A stretch of DNA of 64,000 bases from Bugula neritina (taxonomy: Eukaryota > Animalia > Bryozoa), in assembly GCA_964035545.1 (NCBI GenBank), contig OZ037772.1:8239150-8303149 (forward strand), read 5' to 3'. The notes under the pieces were generated by a model. The model did not search any database. It was not told the DNA's origin and worked only from the letters and a program-made list of their open reading frames with translations. The position numbers were made by a program, and so were the translations under genes. Shown one piece after another: positions 41,101-50,000 of this stretch. The stretch's first letter is position 1. Every line of letters starts with the position of its first letter.

Positions 41101-44100
41101 GTAGTATCTTCAGTCATCATTGGTCAGTTTTATTAAGCGGTGTCATCCCAGATAGACGCTTCCTAGTTAGACGCCAGAATTGTCTTGCTTGTGAATTATG
41201 TTAGAGCAATGTAGTGCTGGATGCTTGTTTATGATAAAAAGAGTTCTCATTTTTGTAAATTGAAAGTTGTTTTAGGTTATATTCTGATTTGGAATAAAAA
41301 ATTACATAACAGTAATTCATTTGTATTTACTTTCTGGTGTTGCAAACATAAGAAGATGTGATTTTTTAATATCTTGTAATAATTGTGCATTTTGTAATAG
41401 TACCGTTCTCTTGTTATAGTAGGCCTATTCCGTAATAGTATTGCTTTCCAAATAAAGATATTTTAGTGAGTTTTAAGTATAATGCTATAGTAATAGATTT
41501 TCACCCTCTATTAGTTTTGAAGTAACTGCGTGAGTCAGTATTATAATTACTGTTGCGTATCGTTGTGAATGCTGTAATTGTAGCTAAGTTGGGCTAGCTT
41601 TCTAATGCCTTATTATTGTGATTGTTGTTAAGCTTTCAGCATAATGTAATTTTCATGAAATACGCATTTCCAGAGTTATTTTCCCTTTTTGCTATTTTAT
41701 CGTTTTGCATTAATACTGATACTGGAAATTTGTGTAGCTTTTATGAATGCCTTCAATAGGTTGTTATTATAGCTAAATTCTTGGCCTATTGAATTATTCA
41801 TTCTCCTTTGTCTACTTTTCTTTTGTTACTGTCAAGCTTAACTTTCTTTTGTCTGTTGGAACATTCTAGATGTGAATTTTTGTGTATAAAAGCAGGCGAG
41901 TTTCCAGTGTAGATTCAGACTACTACTGGAGCTCGCTGCTAGTAGGGCCCTAAGCTGTATCTGATACAATAAAGGTTATCCTCATTTGTACTCAAATACT
42001 TGGCTTATTCTTTCTAGAGCATGTAGGCACTAGTTGCATTCAGAACCCACAGTTTACTACACTATTACACATTTTTATAATTACACAGTTTTTTAAAGTT
42101 TCTTTTTTCAGCTTGTTTTAGATGTTTATGCTGTCGCTTTATTTCATTACCTGTTATTAATCACTAGTGGGAGAGTACCACTGATTTCTGTAATTTTAAA
42201 GGGACAGGCAACTTCCACTTAAGAATAAGTTAAATGAAAACTCAACAATGTTGCTTTTCTTTGGATACCCCTTCTCTAATTACAATCTTGGGTGTTCGCG
42301 GTTCATTTATTATAATATTATTGCATCGTATGAGCTGTAGTTATTATTTTGTTGCTATAGGAGAGAGCAGTGTGCACAGAGAACTAAAATTAGACTATGA
42401 TGATCTGAGTGATCTCTCCGATGAGGATGACTATCTCTACCCTGATAAGAAGGAAGTGGAGCTGAAGTTTATAAGACCCAAACTAAATCCAACTACTAAC
42501 CCAAGGATAACACAACTGTTCTCAAATACTGACAGGGTACTGACTTGCTTTTTAGTCTCAAGTTACAAATTCATTTAGTGGGCTTCATTCAGTCGATTTT
42601 AACATTAATTTATAACAGCTTCCAAGTGAATTTTTCTATGCAAGCACAAGTAAACGTACACAAGTGCAGTGCTTCTGTTTTATTGTTAAACATCCTTATT
42701 TTCAAAAATTTATTTAGGTATAACTTCAAAAATAAACATTTAAATTATTCTTTTGCAAAGCAGGTATAATTTTTTGCTTTGTAAATTTTGTTCTTGTGTT
42801 CACTCTACGAGTTTTGTAAGTTGTTCTAAATATATTGCTAAGGATATTATGAATGTGTAAGCAAGGTATATAGTATCTACCTATATTCTGTCAATAACCT
42901 ACATTTAGGTGTACAATATGACACGAAAAAGAGGAAGAGCTTTGATAATAAACAACAAGAACTTTGATGAAAGACCAGATCTGTGTAGGAATGGTTCAGA
43001 TGTTGATGTTGAAAATTTATCTACCATGCTGAAGGCCTTCATGTTTGATGTTGTGACACACACAGATCTAACGGCAATGGTACATGTTAAACATATACAC
43101 TGGTTTTTAGCCTTTGGTATAGTTAATAAATAGTTGCATAGCTTGTCTTGACAGAAATTTGAGTAAACTACCTACTATTTCATTTTATTTGAACAAGTTA
43201 GAACTTGATTAGCTTCAAGAATTGCCCCTATATGGGAGATTTTGCGGTTTTCAAAATTAAAATGGTTTTTAAATAACACCAACAAAAGGTTTTAATTCTA
43301 AAATGTTTGCACTATAAAATCTTTTAGGCTATTCTGTTAACCATCAAAGATGAAGTACAACGTAAAGAACACGAAGACCTGGGATGTCATGTGTTGGTTA
43401 TCATGAGTCATGGAGGAGTGAATAACTATATCTATGGTGTTGACATGAAAGTATTCAGGCTGACAGATGTGTATGATCTACTGACACCTCTGAACTTTCC
43501 AGCCATGGCTGGGAAGCCCAAAGTTGTGATTATTGAAGCTGCTAGTGGAAGTGAGTGGCACATTTACTATATGATGTGAAACTTGAAATACTTTAAGGTT
43601 TTGCTTGGAGTCTCAGTTGTGACGCATCACATATTTCACATCTTTATATTTTTATTATCCATTGCCGGAGTAAAGCTAATTATTTTGACTTGATAGAATA
43701 TAATGTTATGTTGTATCATATTTCATATATTCCATTTATAATATCTAATAATCATACTATTCAGTTGTTTCTAAAATTGAATCATTGTCACTATAATAGT
43801 TGAGTTTTAGGAAGCTTGCTGTGCAGGTGAATATTTTCATTTTCAAGCAATCAGAGGCCTACTATATGTTACAGCAAGGACAGATGTTGGTGAAAGAGGT
43901 ATAAACCGAGCACTTGATCTTGGACAAGCTAAGGTTGAGGATTCTGTAGTAGCCAAACCTGTTGGAGTTTCTGGGGCTAAAACTGCTGAAGCTCTAACCA
44001 GACTGAATTATGATGACCTGTTAGTAATGAAGTCAAGTATGGAGTGTAAGTACTGGTGTAGTTTGCATAGCAGCCATAGTATGAATAGTTACCAGACGAA

Positions 44101-45270
44101 TCAGGGTCATTTTGACGAACATTAAACCCATAATAAAAGTATTAGTTGCGGCCTTTTGACCACTTTGGAATTTGCATAAAAGGAGATCCCATTTTAAACA
44201 AACCAAATTAATATTTTGGAAAATAGTATAAAAACAAAGCTATATACAATGAAATTAGCACAATTGAAGAAACCACATAGCCTAAGTGAGCAAATAGAAG
44301 CAAAGTTTTATACCTTTCAGTCTAAAAAATAGTGCAATTTTCAGGAAGAAAATTATTTTTTATAAAAGGGTCAATTGCTTTTTAAACAATATTATTAAAT
44401 TTGGCCACTGGTGCAAATAATGGAGAAATGTTACTTCAAGTTGTTTGCATGTTCCATGCCATCGGTTGTATAGATTATACATATTAGTTATATGCGGCTA
44501 TATATGTGGCTAAATGTGTGGCTAAATGTGTGCGTGTGCGTTCTTGTGTATGCATATATACGTATGTATGTATGTATATATAATTATATTGATTTCTTCA
44601 CATTTAAATTTTATAATTGCTAAATTTATTATATTGATTGTAATAATTATGCTAACATGCATCAATTAAATCGTTTTTTCTTGACATATTTTGTTTAATG
44701 TCCTTCAGCATACTTGCGCATACAAATGTTTTTTGGATGCATTTCTAAAATTGAAAAAACGCTTACTCTTTACTCACTTGTATTGTAGCATTTGTATCAC
44801 GCCGTCACCCGGTATATGGATCTCTAATGATTAGAGCTCTGGTATCGTCCATGTACACGCATGCCTGTCACCATGATCTCTACACCATATTTAAACAGGT
44901 ATTTCCATCTCTACAACTTTTTGTATGTGCATCCATTGACCATCTTGTTCATGCAGCTTGTTTTAAAATGTCTCACTACCATGCACTTTGCTAATAGCCA
45001 ATAGGAGTATAATATGATCATTTTATATAAATTGTAATGCTGAGAACCTCGTGTGATTTGCACACACCTCTGATAGGCTGAGTTTTATATATTTTATTGG
45101 AGTATAAAATTACTAGTATGTGGAGGGCGTGGTTAACTATTTAGGTGCAGACCAAAGTGAGGAAACTGTGTGTAGACAGAAATCTGCATAGTGGACAGCT
45201 GGTTGTAACTTGGGACACCCTCACTCACATGAGAAAACTTTACCTCTTTCCTGGTTTCAACGGCGAGTGA
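6256..45270 (+). CDS. Multi-exon LRR-ROC-COR (ROCO family) protein with a duplicated N-terminal helical module and a C-terminal catalytically inactive caspase domain; 5' end outside window
   Basis: Phase-consistent GT-AG exons: 6256-7010, 7122-7192, 7470-7532, 7955-8079, 10265-11016, 11221-11294, 11536-11586, 11844-11944, 12098-12154, 19922-20147, 20446-20514, 20646-20717, 20867-20935, 21130-21198, 21441-21509, 21597-21665, 21851-21919, 22227-22295, 22396-22464, 31314-31447, 32330-32437, 34467-34559, 34651-34876, 34964-35101, 35196-35339, 37304-37447, 37692-37835, 38574-40576, 40857-40949, 42361-42536, 42909-43079, 43328-43550, 43875-44045, 44789-44898, 45145-45270 (TGA). Total 7103 nt plus 1 upstream base = 2368 codons, with no internal stop if the broken exon 36165-36298 is skipped. 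Confidence 0.7.
8349..8697 (-). mobile_element. Solo LTR related to the element C LTR
   Basis: TGTAGT...ACTACA termini, 4-bp TSD ATAG (8345-8348 and 8698-8701). Both ends resemble the reverse complement of the 23116-23402 LTR ends. Confidence 0.85.
8930..9270. mobile_element. Non-autonomous foldback/MITE-like element (AATGGCAC-array inverted arms around an AACCC-rich core); other copies at 5036-5260 (cut by element A) and 35471-35720
   Basis: GGTAAAAATGGCAC-type units on the left, GTGCCATTTTTACC-type units on the right, found at three places in the window. Confidence 0.7.
9046..11005 (+). repeat. Copy 2 of the ~2-kb duplicated block
   Basis: See 5036-6996. ORFs 6273-7040 and 10282-11031 are near-identical. 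Confidence 0.95.
10265..12154 (+). CDS. N-terminal module copy 2 (4 exons) plus a basic linker exon 12098-12154
   Basis: Exons 10265-11016, 11221-11294, 11536-11586 and 11844-11944 have the same intron phases as copy 1. The linker reads DPKTQKKKAQKRKDAPPSK. Confidence 0.8.
14822..19385 (-). mobile_element. Intact Ty3/Gypsy LTR retrotransposon (element B, Mag-like)
   Basis: Identical 121-bp LTRs (14822-14942, 19265-19385; TGTTG..CAACA). 5-bp TSD TTTAG. PBS TGGTGACCAGTACG next to the 5' LTR. Polypurine tract at 14943-14953 (minus strand). One uninterrupted ORF. Confidence 0.97.
15159..19223 (-). CDS. gag-pol: Gag-Pol polyprotein of element B (probably starts at MAKFNPP)
   Basis: Two Zn knuckles (CGRCGHNTHRFGKC, CHKCQKRGHFARVC), protease LDTGAD, RT HMDD, RNase H TDAC/EQEALG, integrase HHCC plus DLF/DNGPQY/EAERAVQTVK. 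Confidence 0.96.
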   Translation of the reverse strand: MPSAVLGFLFLRYCQFTVMAKFNPPAEFDFLPEKWAEWAKRWSRYRQISKLDKEEEGIQINSFLYCMGPTSESIFSSLGLSEENKKKYNEVLAGFENYFSPKKYVIYERAKFFKRDQQQAESVEHYIRALNELADKCDFGDKRSEQIRDRLVVGIADQGLSREMQKMDIDQLTEATAVAMARQAEQVDKNVKELYNDVKSLDAVRVSSSKHKHSTQQSKAANSAQADANPCGRCGHNTHRFGKCPAQDSVCHKCQKRGHFARVCRSKGGAVQSVEENDYDQPTSNVEPCNKGQYFLGEVTDRDVNVEWTKSVVVDQLLVPVRFKLDTGADVTIIPQQLCKSVQLKQPDKSLFGPSNSQIPVLGYFDSTLSVGRYKVADRLYVVAHNKALLSRRACVGLGLVSCNTQLDCVTESADKFRNEFPSLFSGLGKMSQEAEIQVNTGSPPHAICVPRSVPYPLLDKVKAELDEMVELGVTFSVSEPTDWCSPMVIVPKASGRIRICVDYTQLNKVVRREVYPMAHVDSSLAKLGNGKVFSKLDANSGFYQIPLSKSSKLLTTFLTPFGRYAYHRLPFGLSSSPEIYAKVVSQVLCGLEGVIVHMDDVCVWGNTVEEHDARVRAVLRRMSDAGMTMNSSKCEFSKSSIKFLGHSISDKGIQANPEAVQGIRDFRTPRSVSDVRSFLGMANQLSKFTPKLAELSRPLRDLLCKTSPWFWGEAQSIAFARIKEELSKDFVLAAYDPKAETTIQTDACRNGIGAVLLQLQPDGSKRVVAAASRALTDTEMRYATIEQEALGVVWACTKFRNYITGITVKIQTDHKPLIPLLNEIELDKLTVRIQRFRMRLMRFAYVVEHIAGKDNVLADALSRSQASPSVDEVAFVEEVELAVKEGHKLFASSQRLVQLAKLQRADEVLAQVIKFVETSWPEYLTNQDILLRPYFESRSLISIQDGLLALGDRIVIPQVERLEVLRTIHQGHLGVTKCRARARQYVWWPGISQQIADMVRQCNTCRMHANVVVEPLMVAEFPQRPWEKLGSDLFFVHDRWYLLVVDYYSRFVEVALLAELTSKEVISHMRSIFARHGVPDVLVSDNGPQYASHEFKLFVSSYQFAHVTSSPKHPQANGEAERAVQTVKSLLKKETDPYLALLAYRSSPLENGLSPAELLMGRKLKTTVPALPKLLIPQPVERLAVQEKEELKRSQVKENFDIRHKVAQLPPLKRGDRVRIRDLNRDAVVIQQCAPRSYTVQDTGGTELRRNRRSLTPTHSSPVMSLASDLAVQFKDQPIHSSPRQTTVFGGQAQQSPSDSRLDVQPRERPVSPHQAFVPLDRAKQTHSVSSSAVRLSKTRSGREVRAPLKLDL
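19922..22464 (+). CDS. LRR block 1: cap exon plus nine single-LRR exons
   Basis: Eight 69-nt exons and one 72-nt exon, all phase 2-2, each encoding LxxLxxLxLSxNxLxxLP (e.g. LSQLIFLRSLNVSHNRLRALPE). The last has an NNPL cap-like ending. Confidence 0.92.
20231..20290 (+). pseudogene. Decayed remnant of the LRR exon that is intact at 34964-35101
   Basis: ACACACCT..ACTAGACTTGTCT.AAA.T.ACCT.GGT matches the intact copy. The acceptor CAG is missing and an in-frame TGA is present. Confidence 0.7.
21992..22052. repeat. (GCGT)n microsatellite
   Basis: Read directly from the sequence. Confidence 0.95.
23464..24465 (+). CDS. gag: Gag of element C
   Basis: Lies after the PBS. Zn knuckle CWRCGTRGHRRSSC. 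Confidence 0.85.
   Translation: MAESAASTEEGERDIIINSLGAEEEAYKYTLEAPVFTGLEDVEQFIREFREVAAITRWPPRVALIKLRMALTEQAKPYGLRPSVDGIIAALRARFGIPVADAKARLQGLLRKTCTPFPDHPTLVKRLAQIAYSDLPETHRRRYTFEAFVQSLNDLDLHHQLQARGVTTIEAAIQESEAYLGAEQLYRTVKAIPQTTREPDHPVRVAAATTSPSLEIEVDRLMTMLGQLVATITYSNPMEYKRPTVKTPRPATRCWRCGTRGHRRSSCPRPRKQQKPHDPRKPPELRGPKQRGKRGGYRQASVRTRRYALHQWQTLRRNQPARTTTRTLLTASH
24659..28942 (+). pseudogene. pol: Disrupted pol of element C
   Basis: Protease LDSGC, RT YLDD, RNase H and integrase fragments, with numerous stops and frameshifts. Confidence 0.92.
29008..30095 (+). pseudogene. Accessory ORF of element C: acidic N-terminus, two zinc fingers, Pro-rich segment, coiled-coil end
   Basis: ORFs 29008-29403 and 29470-29967 share a frame and are separated by one TGA. 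CRLCQLHFTTPCRIRVHIPQH fits C-x2-C-x3-F-x5-I-x2-H-x3-H, followed by CPC-x12-H-x5-C. A heptad-like tail lies in ORF 29748-30095. Confidence 0.7.
31522..31726 (+). mobile_element. tRNA-derived SINE, copy 1
   Basis: A-box-like TGGTCTAGGGG and B-box-like GGTTCAAGCCC, then a ~140-bp body shared with 56278-56489. Confidence 0.8.
31964..32214. repeat. (CCTGCGTGTG)n plus (TG)n compound microsatellite
   Basis: Read directly from the sequence. Confidence 0.95.
33691..34446. mobile_element. Non-autonomous DNA transposon, CACTA/EnSpm-like termini
   Basis: 23-bp terminal inverted repeat CACAGGATAGTTAAGGGCA(A/T)CCT, flanked by TT on both sides. Internal direct repeats. No ORF. Confidence 0.7.
34651..37835 (+). 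CDS. LRR block 2: duplicate cap exon plus double-LRR exons (138-144 nt, phase 2-2)
   Basis: Cap exon 34651-34876 is paralogous to 19922-20147. Exons 34964-35101, 35196-35339, 37304-37447 and 37692-37835 each encode two LRRs. Confidence 0.9.
36165..36298 (+). pseudogene. Frameshifted double-LRR exon (10 nt shorter than its 144-nt sister exons)
   Basis: Intact AG/GT ends. Reads ISSLKRLQVLNLSLN...LRELNLS then TAA. LKILPK resumes in another frame. Confidence 0.85.
36753..37214 (+). mobile_element. Solo LTR (distant relative of the element A LTR)
   Basis: TGTAGTG...CTACTACA, TSD ATAT. The 3' half shares TATA.AAG.AGGCGAG, ACTGGAGCTC and TTGCATTC..CCCACA with the element A LTR. Confidence 0.85.
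38574..40576 (+). CDS. Large exon: final LRRs plus ROC GTPase plus COR
   Basis: LRRs and an SPP..VC..G...VRQY cap. P-loop GNALAGKTS (38884-38910), G3 DMGG (39046-39057), ROC-type G4 THKD (39253-39264). COR-like YMHDCGKILWY, FIVPQF and a terminal CAHC. Confidence 0.93.
41489..42061 (+). mobile_element. Solo LTR of the element A family
   Basis: Near-identical to 4474-5035. TSD CTAT (41485-41488 and 42062-42065). First base is A rather than T. Confidence 0.93.
42909..45270 (+). CDS. Caspase (peptidase C14A) domain, p20+p10, pseudo-enzyme
   Basis: VYNMTRKRGRALIINNKNF..RNGSDVD..DLT; VIMSHG; GKPKVVIIEAASG (QACxG position); DDLLVMKSS; SRRHPVYGSLMIRAL; TLTHMRKLYLFPG. Five exons. Confidence 0.93.
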
Positions 45271-46690
45271 AGATGACTTTTAAACTACTAACTCTAAACA
45301 CACTATCTACTGTACCAGTAGGACTTCATTTCAGTTCTGATTTAGTTGAGTAGTGTTGTATTTTTCCTTAACAAGCCTCATATTATTTACATTGTAAGAA
45401 AGTAATCTTTATAGGTTCATACTTGGTAATCTTATCTTATATACATCTTCTTCTTGCATGGACTTTATGCATATTTACATTTTGGTATATATATATCTCG
45501 CTAGTAGCTTATATGTAACTATAACACATAGCTTATATATAACTAACTTTTATAGCTTGTATTTTAATAATTTCACAGGAAATTGACTTTTTTAAGGTCT
45601 TGATTTTTAGTCTCTCTTTTATCGTAGTGAAACATAAATAAAGTAGCTATTCATATGCAGAGCCTCTCACTGTTTCAGTTTTGATATTTGTGCATAGTTT
45701 CTGATAATAATGTGTACAGACATTTCTGTCATGTAGCCAAACCCTAATATTGCTTCTTTACCCTTTTACATTGCACAGTTGTAAGACTCTCAAACCAATT
45801 AAATGAGAGCCCTAGCCTCACTCTTGATAGTCTCTGATGGTAATAACTGGGTGGGGCTTAACCACTCTTCTTGTTGCCTCTCGTCAAATACACAGACTAC
45901 ACACAAGACTTTTATAGTGGAATAAAGGACAATTATTTATTCGTTTGTAAACAGATTTTCCTATTTTATAACATAGAAAACTTTGCCTAAGTCATACACC
46001 CACTTTCCAGATTTGAATATCACATAAGATAAAATGATAATTTTGCTGAGTTAGTAATATCCTCATAACCAACAGTATTATGTAATCTAGTCTAGAGTTA
46101 CCTTCTCCTGTCTAAGTTCCCCAACGAGTATCAAAGTGACTTGCCATCAGTGAGGTCACCACACACAAGTCGTTACCTTCAACACAGTACAAGTTTGAGC
46201 TTCTATAGTCATCATATTAGCAGTACTTTGTGGGAATCATTGCTTAGCCATAGGGACAGCTCAATTCTTCCGCAATCCTCTATTGAGTACACAGGCTACA
46301 TGCGGAAATGAAGGGCTCCTACTACTCATTGGAAAGACAGGCTACATTTGAAATACTCCCACTGAGTATTTTCTATAAGCATCTCCGAGTTGGAGGTGAG
46401 GGAGTGCAGTAGTTTGTAGTTCTCATGTTTGGAGTTACGTCCCCAACTCCAAACTTGAGAGTCCTAAGTCACTGCACTCAATCACCCCTAAATGGGACTA
46501 TTTATAGAAACTTTCCTCTCTCTACCAACACATAAGTCATACAGGTTTCCATGCAACATACCACCTCTAATGTTGGCCAACAAAAGAAATCAGGTTTAAT
46601 CTAATTGATCAATTAGCTGTCTTTATGAACTGGAATTGACCTTTCAAAAGAGACTTTTTTGGCAGAGTTCATAAACAACAGGCAGCAATA

Positions 46691-47021
46691 AGCCTAGGGC
46701 CACACTGTGCGTATTTTCACATGCGAAAATTGAAATCACAAGTAGCAAAGGTGTCCACTGTACGCGTTGAGAAAACATTCGCACTTGTCGCTCAGCATTT
46801 TCAATGCAAGTGCGAATCATCTCTGTCGCTGGTAGTTATTCAATGCGCCCAATTTCTTTATTTTAGTGCTACATTCCAGTAAATTGCGTTTTATTGAAAG
46901 CGAGTGCGATTTGAAAATGAAAGCTTTATTTATCACGCATCACTGATGCTACAGTGGACACCTTTGCTACTTGTGATTTCAATTTTCGCGTGCGAAAATA
47001 CGCACAGTGTGGCCCTAGGCT
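46691..47021. mobile_element. MITE with 72-bp terminal inverted repeats
   Basis: 46691-46762 and 46950-47021 are reverse complements with 2 mismatches. Flanked by TA (TAA/TTA context). Confidence 0.9.
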
Positions 47022-50000
47022 TACAGTACTATTTAACTTTAAATTTATATCATAGGTTTTGCGCAGATTAGTTAGATATAATATGTTTGTAACACTCTAC
47101 CCAGATATAGTAATATGTTCTGTATATATGCATTTAGTGTATTTTGTATATACGCATGTATATAGTAGTATATTCTGTATGCAAACTTGCATATAGTAGT
47201 ATGTATTATTTAATAGATACATGTATAGTTATATACTCTGTATATATACACACATGTAGTAGTGCATTGTAGAAGACTGAATTAACTATAATGTCGTAAA
47301 TAGCTTTAACCTTTTTTGTACTTGAAATTAGTATATTTAAAAGTTGGTAGCACACCCTCAGCGTTATACTGAGAAAATAGCCCAGCAGGTAACTTGAGAT
47401 TCACAAAATTTTGCAACAGCTGCAACTTTAAACATCAGGCTTCCAACTAGTTTTCATCTAGAACATTTGGTGCTGCCTGGCCAGGATTGTGTGTAAAATA
47501 CAGAGTGCACATAACATGACCCAATGAAATTATGTTCTAATTACATTCCTGATTTCATAGCATGTTATTTTGTAAGACAAGTCCTAAATCCCAAAATATT
47601 TAATAGGAAATTCTATAAGAGCTCATGCATGACCTGGTAAGTGTAACAAAACCATCTATTTTATATCTAACTGTACGAATGTATTGGAACAGGTAGCAGC
47701 CATGGCCTAAGGGTTAGCTATAAATTCCCAATAGCCCCCCTCCCCCCCCCCCCCCATCGGCCAGTGAGTTTTTGTTAATGTATTGGAAAAATAGTGGTTG
47801 GAATTAGCCACTAATAACACTTGTGTCTTTTAGCTCTTCCACTCTACATATATCTACTTGCAAGTATTGTGAGATAATATGAAATTATCTCACCCTGCAA
47901 CGAGAGAAACAAATATTACAATATGTGCATGGAGCCCAGTTTCATGATTTGCAACTTTTTATACAAAGTTGTAATTATGTGCATAATTATAATGTAAGTA
48001 CTATAATGCAATGATTATAATGGTGCAAATATATAAGTTTTATTAAGATTATTTTGTTGTCTTGGAAACAACAAACCAGCTCTGTAATACATATATTTTT
48101 ATGAAATGTACCCAACAGCTTGAACTCTATTTCACTACATAAGTTTCCAAATAATACACAGCATCCATTAAGCAAATTATTTAAAGAGGGTTGTTTTCTC
48201 CTGTTAATTAATAGATTCGCTTTTAAGGCATAAGCGTAAAACAACGTTGAAGTACTAATTAATGAGTGCGCTGTGCATTCCTCCACCAACAACATGTCCC
48301 GTTGACGACATGAAGATCTTGCGCTAAAAACCTGCTGATCACCTGTCGATGTGAAGGTTATCTGCAGTAAACTCAACTCAAGATGTTCGTTAGCTACTAG
48401 TAAACTATTGAGGACAAGTATCTGGTTATGGCTTCCAGATATGGTAAATATATATCTCAGCGAGGCCCTAAAAGGATTGAAGGCTGGTTAAGAGTTTGGG
48501 GTACGTTTGATGTCAATTTTCCCTATTTTCAATGTAAACTACAATCATTATGATTATGATTATAATTATGATGATAATCATAATCATGATGATGATGCAA
48601 TTAAATTTAATATTATACTTAGTCGTACTCGTAGCACTAGCAACGTGAATACTTATAGCCTATCGTTAATAGTTATACTAAGTCTAATACGCATACTAAA
48701 TAACTAGTATTACTACTAATACTAGTACTAGTAGTACTAATACTAATAGTAATAGTAATTCTAATGCTAATACTAATAGTAATAGTAATACCCTAATAGA
48801 ACTAGTAATTCAGTAACTGTAAGCAATACTAATTATTACTAATAGTAATAGTAATACTAATAGTAGTTTAAGTTATAGCTAATAGTAATACTAATGAGTA
48901 ATGCAGTAATACTAAGTATAAAGTATTACTATTACTAGGCTATAACTATATATTTATAATGAGTATAACTATGCGTATTATTATTACTATTAGTATTAGT
49001 TATACTTATGGTTATCGGAATACTAATAGTAATAACTATAGTAATGGTAATACTCATAGTCACACTCTATTACTCATAGTCATACTAATACTCACACTGT
49101 AAGTGTAACTGTAAATCTATTTTCAAGAGTATGGAGTTTACGACTATATCGGATTTATTGCTGATATATATTGATAATGATATGATATGACTTTGCAACT
49201 GATGGTTACATGGTTCAACTCTTATTTAATCTTTCCAATTCTCCTGGGTTATCGTCACTTCATTTTCATTTCGATTGTGGTGATGAGTTATGGCTATGGT
49301 CATGTGACTGCGTACCACAGTCTTACAAATCCAAAGTGAATTCAAAGATAGACAAATAAGCAAGTCAAAGTGAAAAATATATAGAGTTAAACCTTTGACT
49401 ATGACTACTGAATACTGGCTCATTGTGATTAACTTAGTCTAAAACTAAAGGTGCCAGTTAAAGTGTAGGCGAATTGTGACTTAATTGCCAGTCACCTATT
49501 CTTGCACTGACACTAGAAGGGATTTACTTGATAGTTTGACATAATGATAGTCATTATAATAGTGCTAATCTCTTCGTCATCATAATACTTATAATCATAT
49601 ATTGTCATATATGAATATTTCATTCATCTACAATAACTACAAGTTTTTATTTTGCAATGCAGGTTCTTATAAAATCTTGAATTTAATTTTTTCCATAGAA
49701 ATCTTGAGGAAAGAGGGGAGTAGAAACTGTACTTACATAGTGTACCTTTAAGTGTGTTCTTTCAATAACCAGACTATTGCTATACTTTTAAACACGAAAA
49801 CCTTGTCGATACTACGTTGAAACCTGAATGGTTATTTTGTAAGAAAGTTAGTCAATATTCTTAGTCGCTCTTCACCACTCTTCTGCGGTTTTATTTTATT
49901 TTTTTGTTTTATTTTTATCCTCTACAATTAGTGTGTACTAAGTATGAATTATTGATATTTGGTGAATATTGTTAGTTTGGTCAAATTAGCTGTCACTAGT

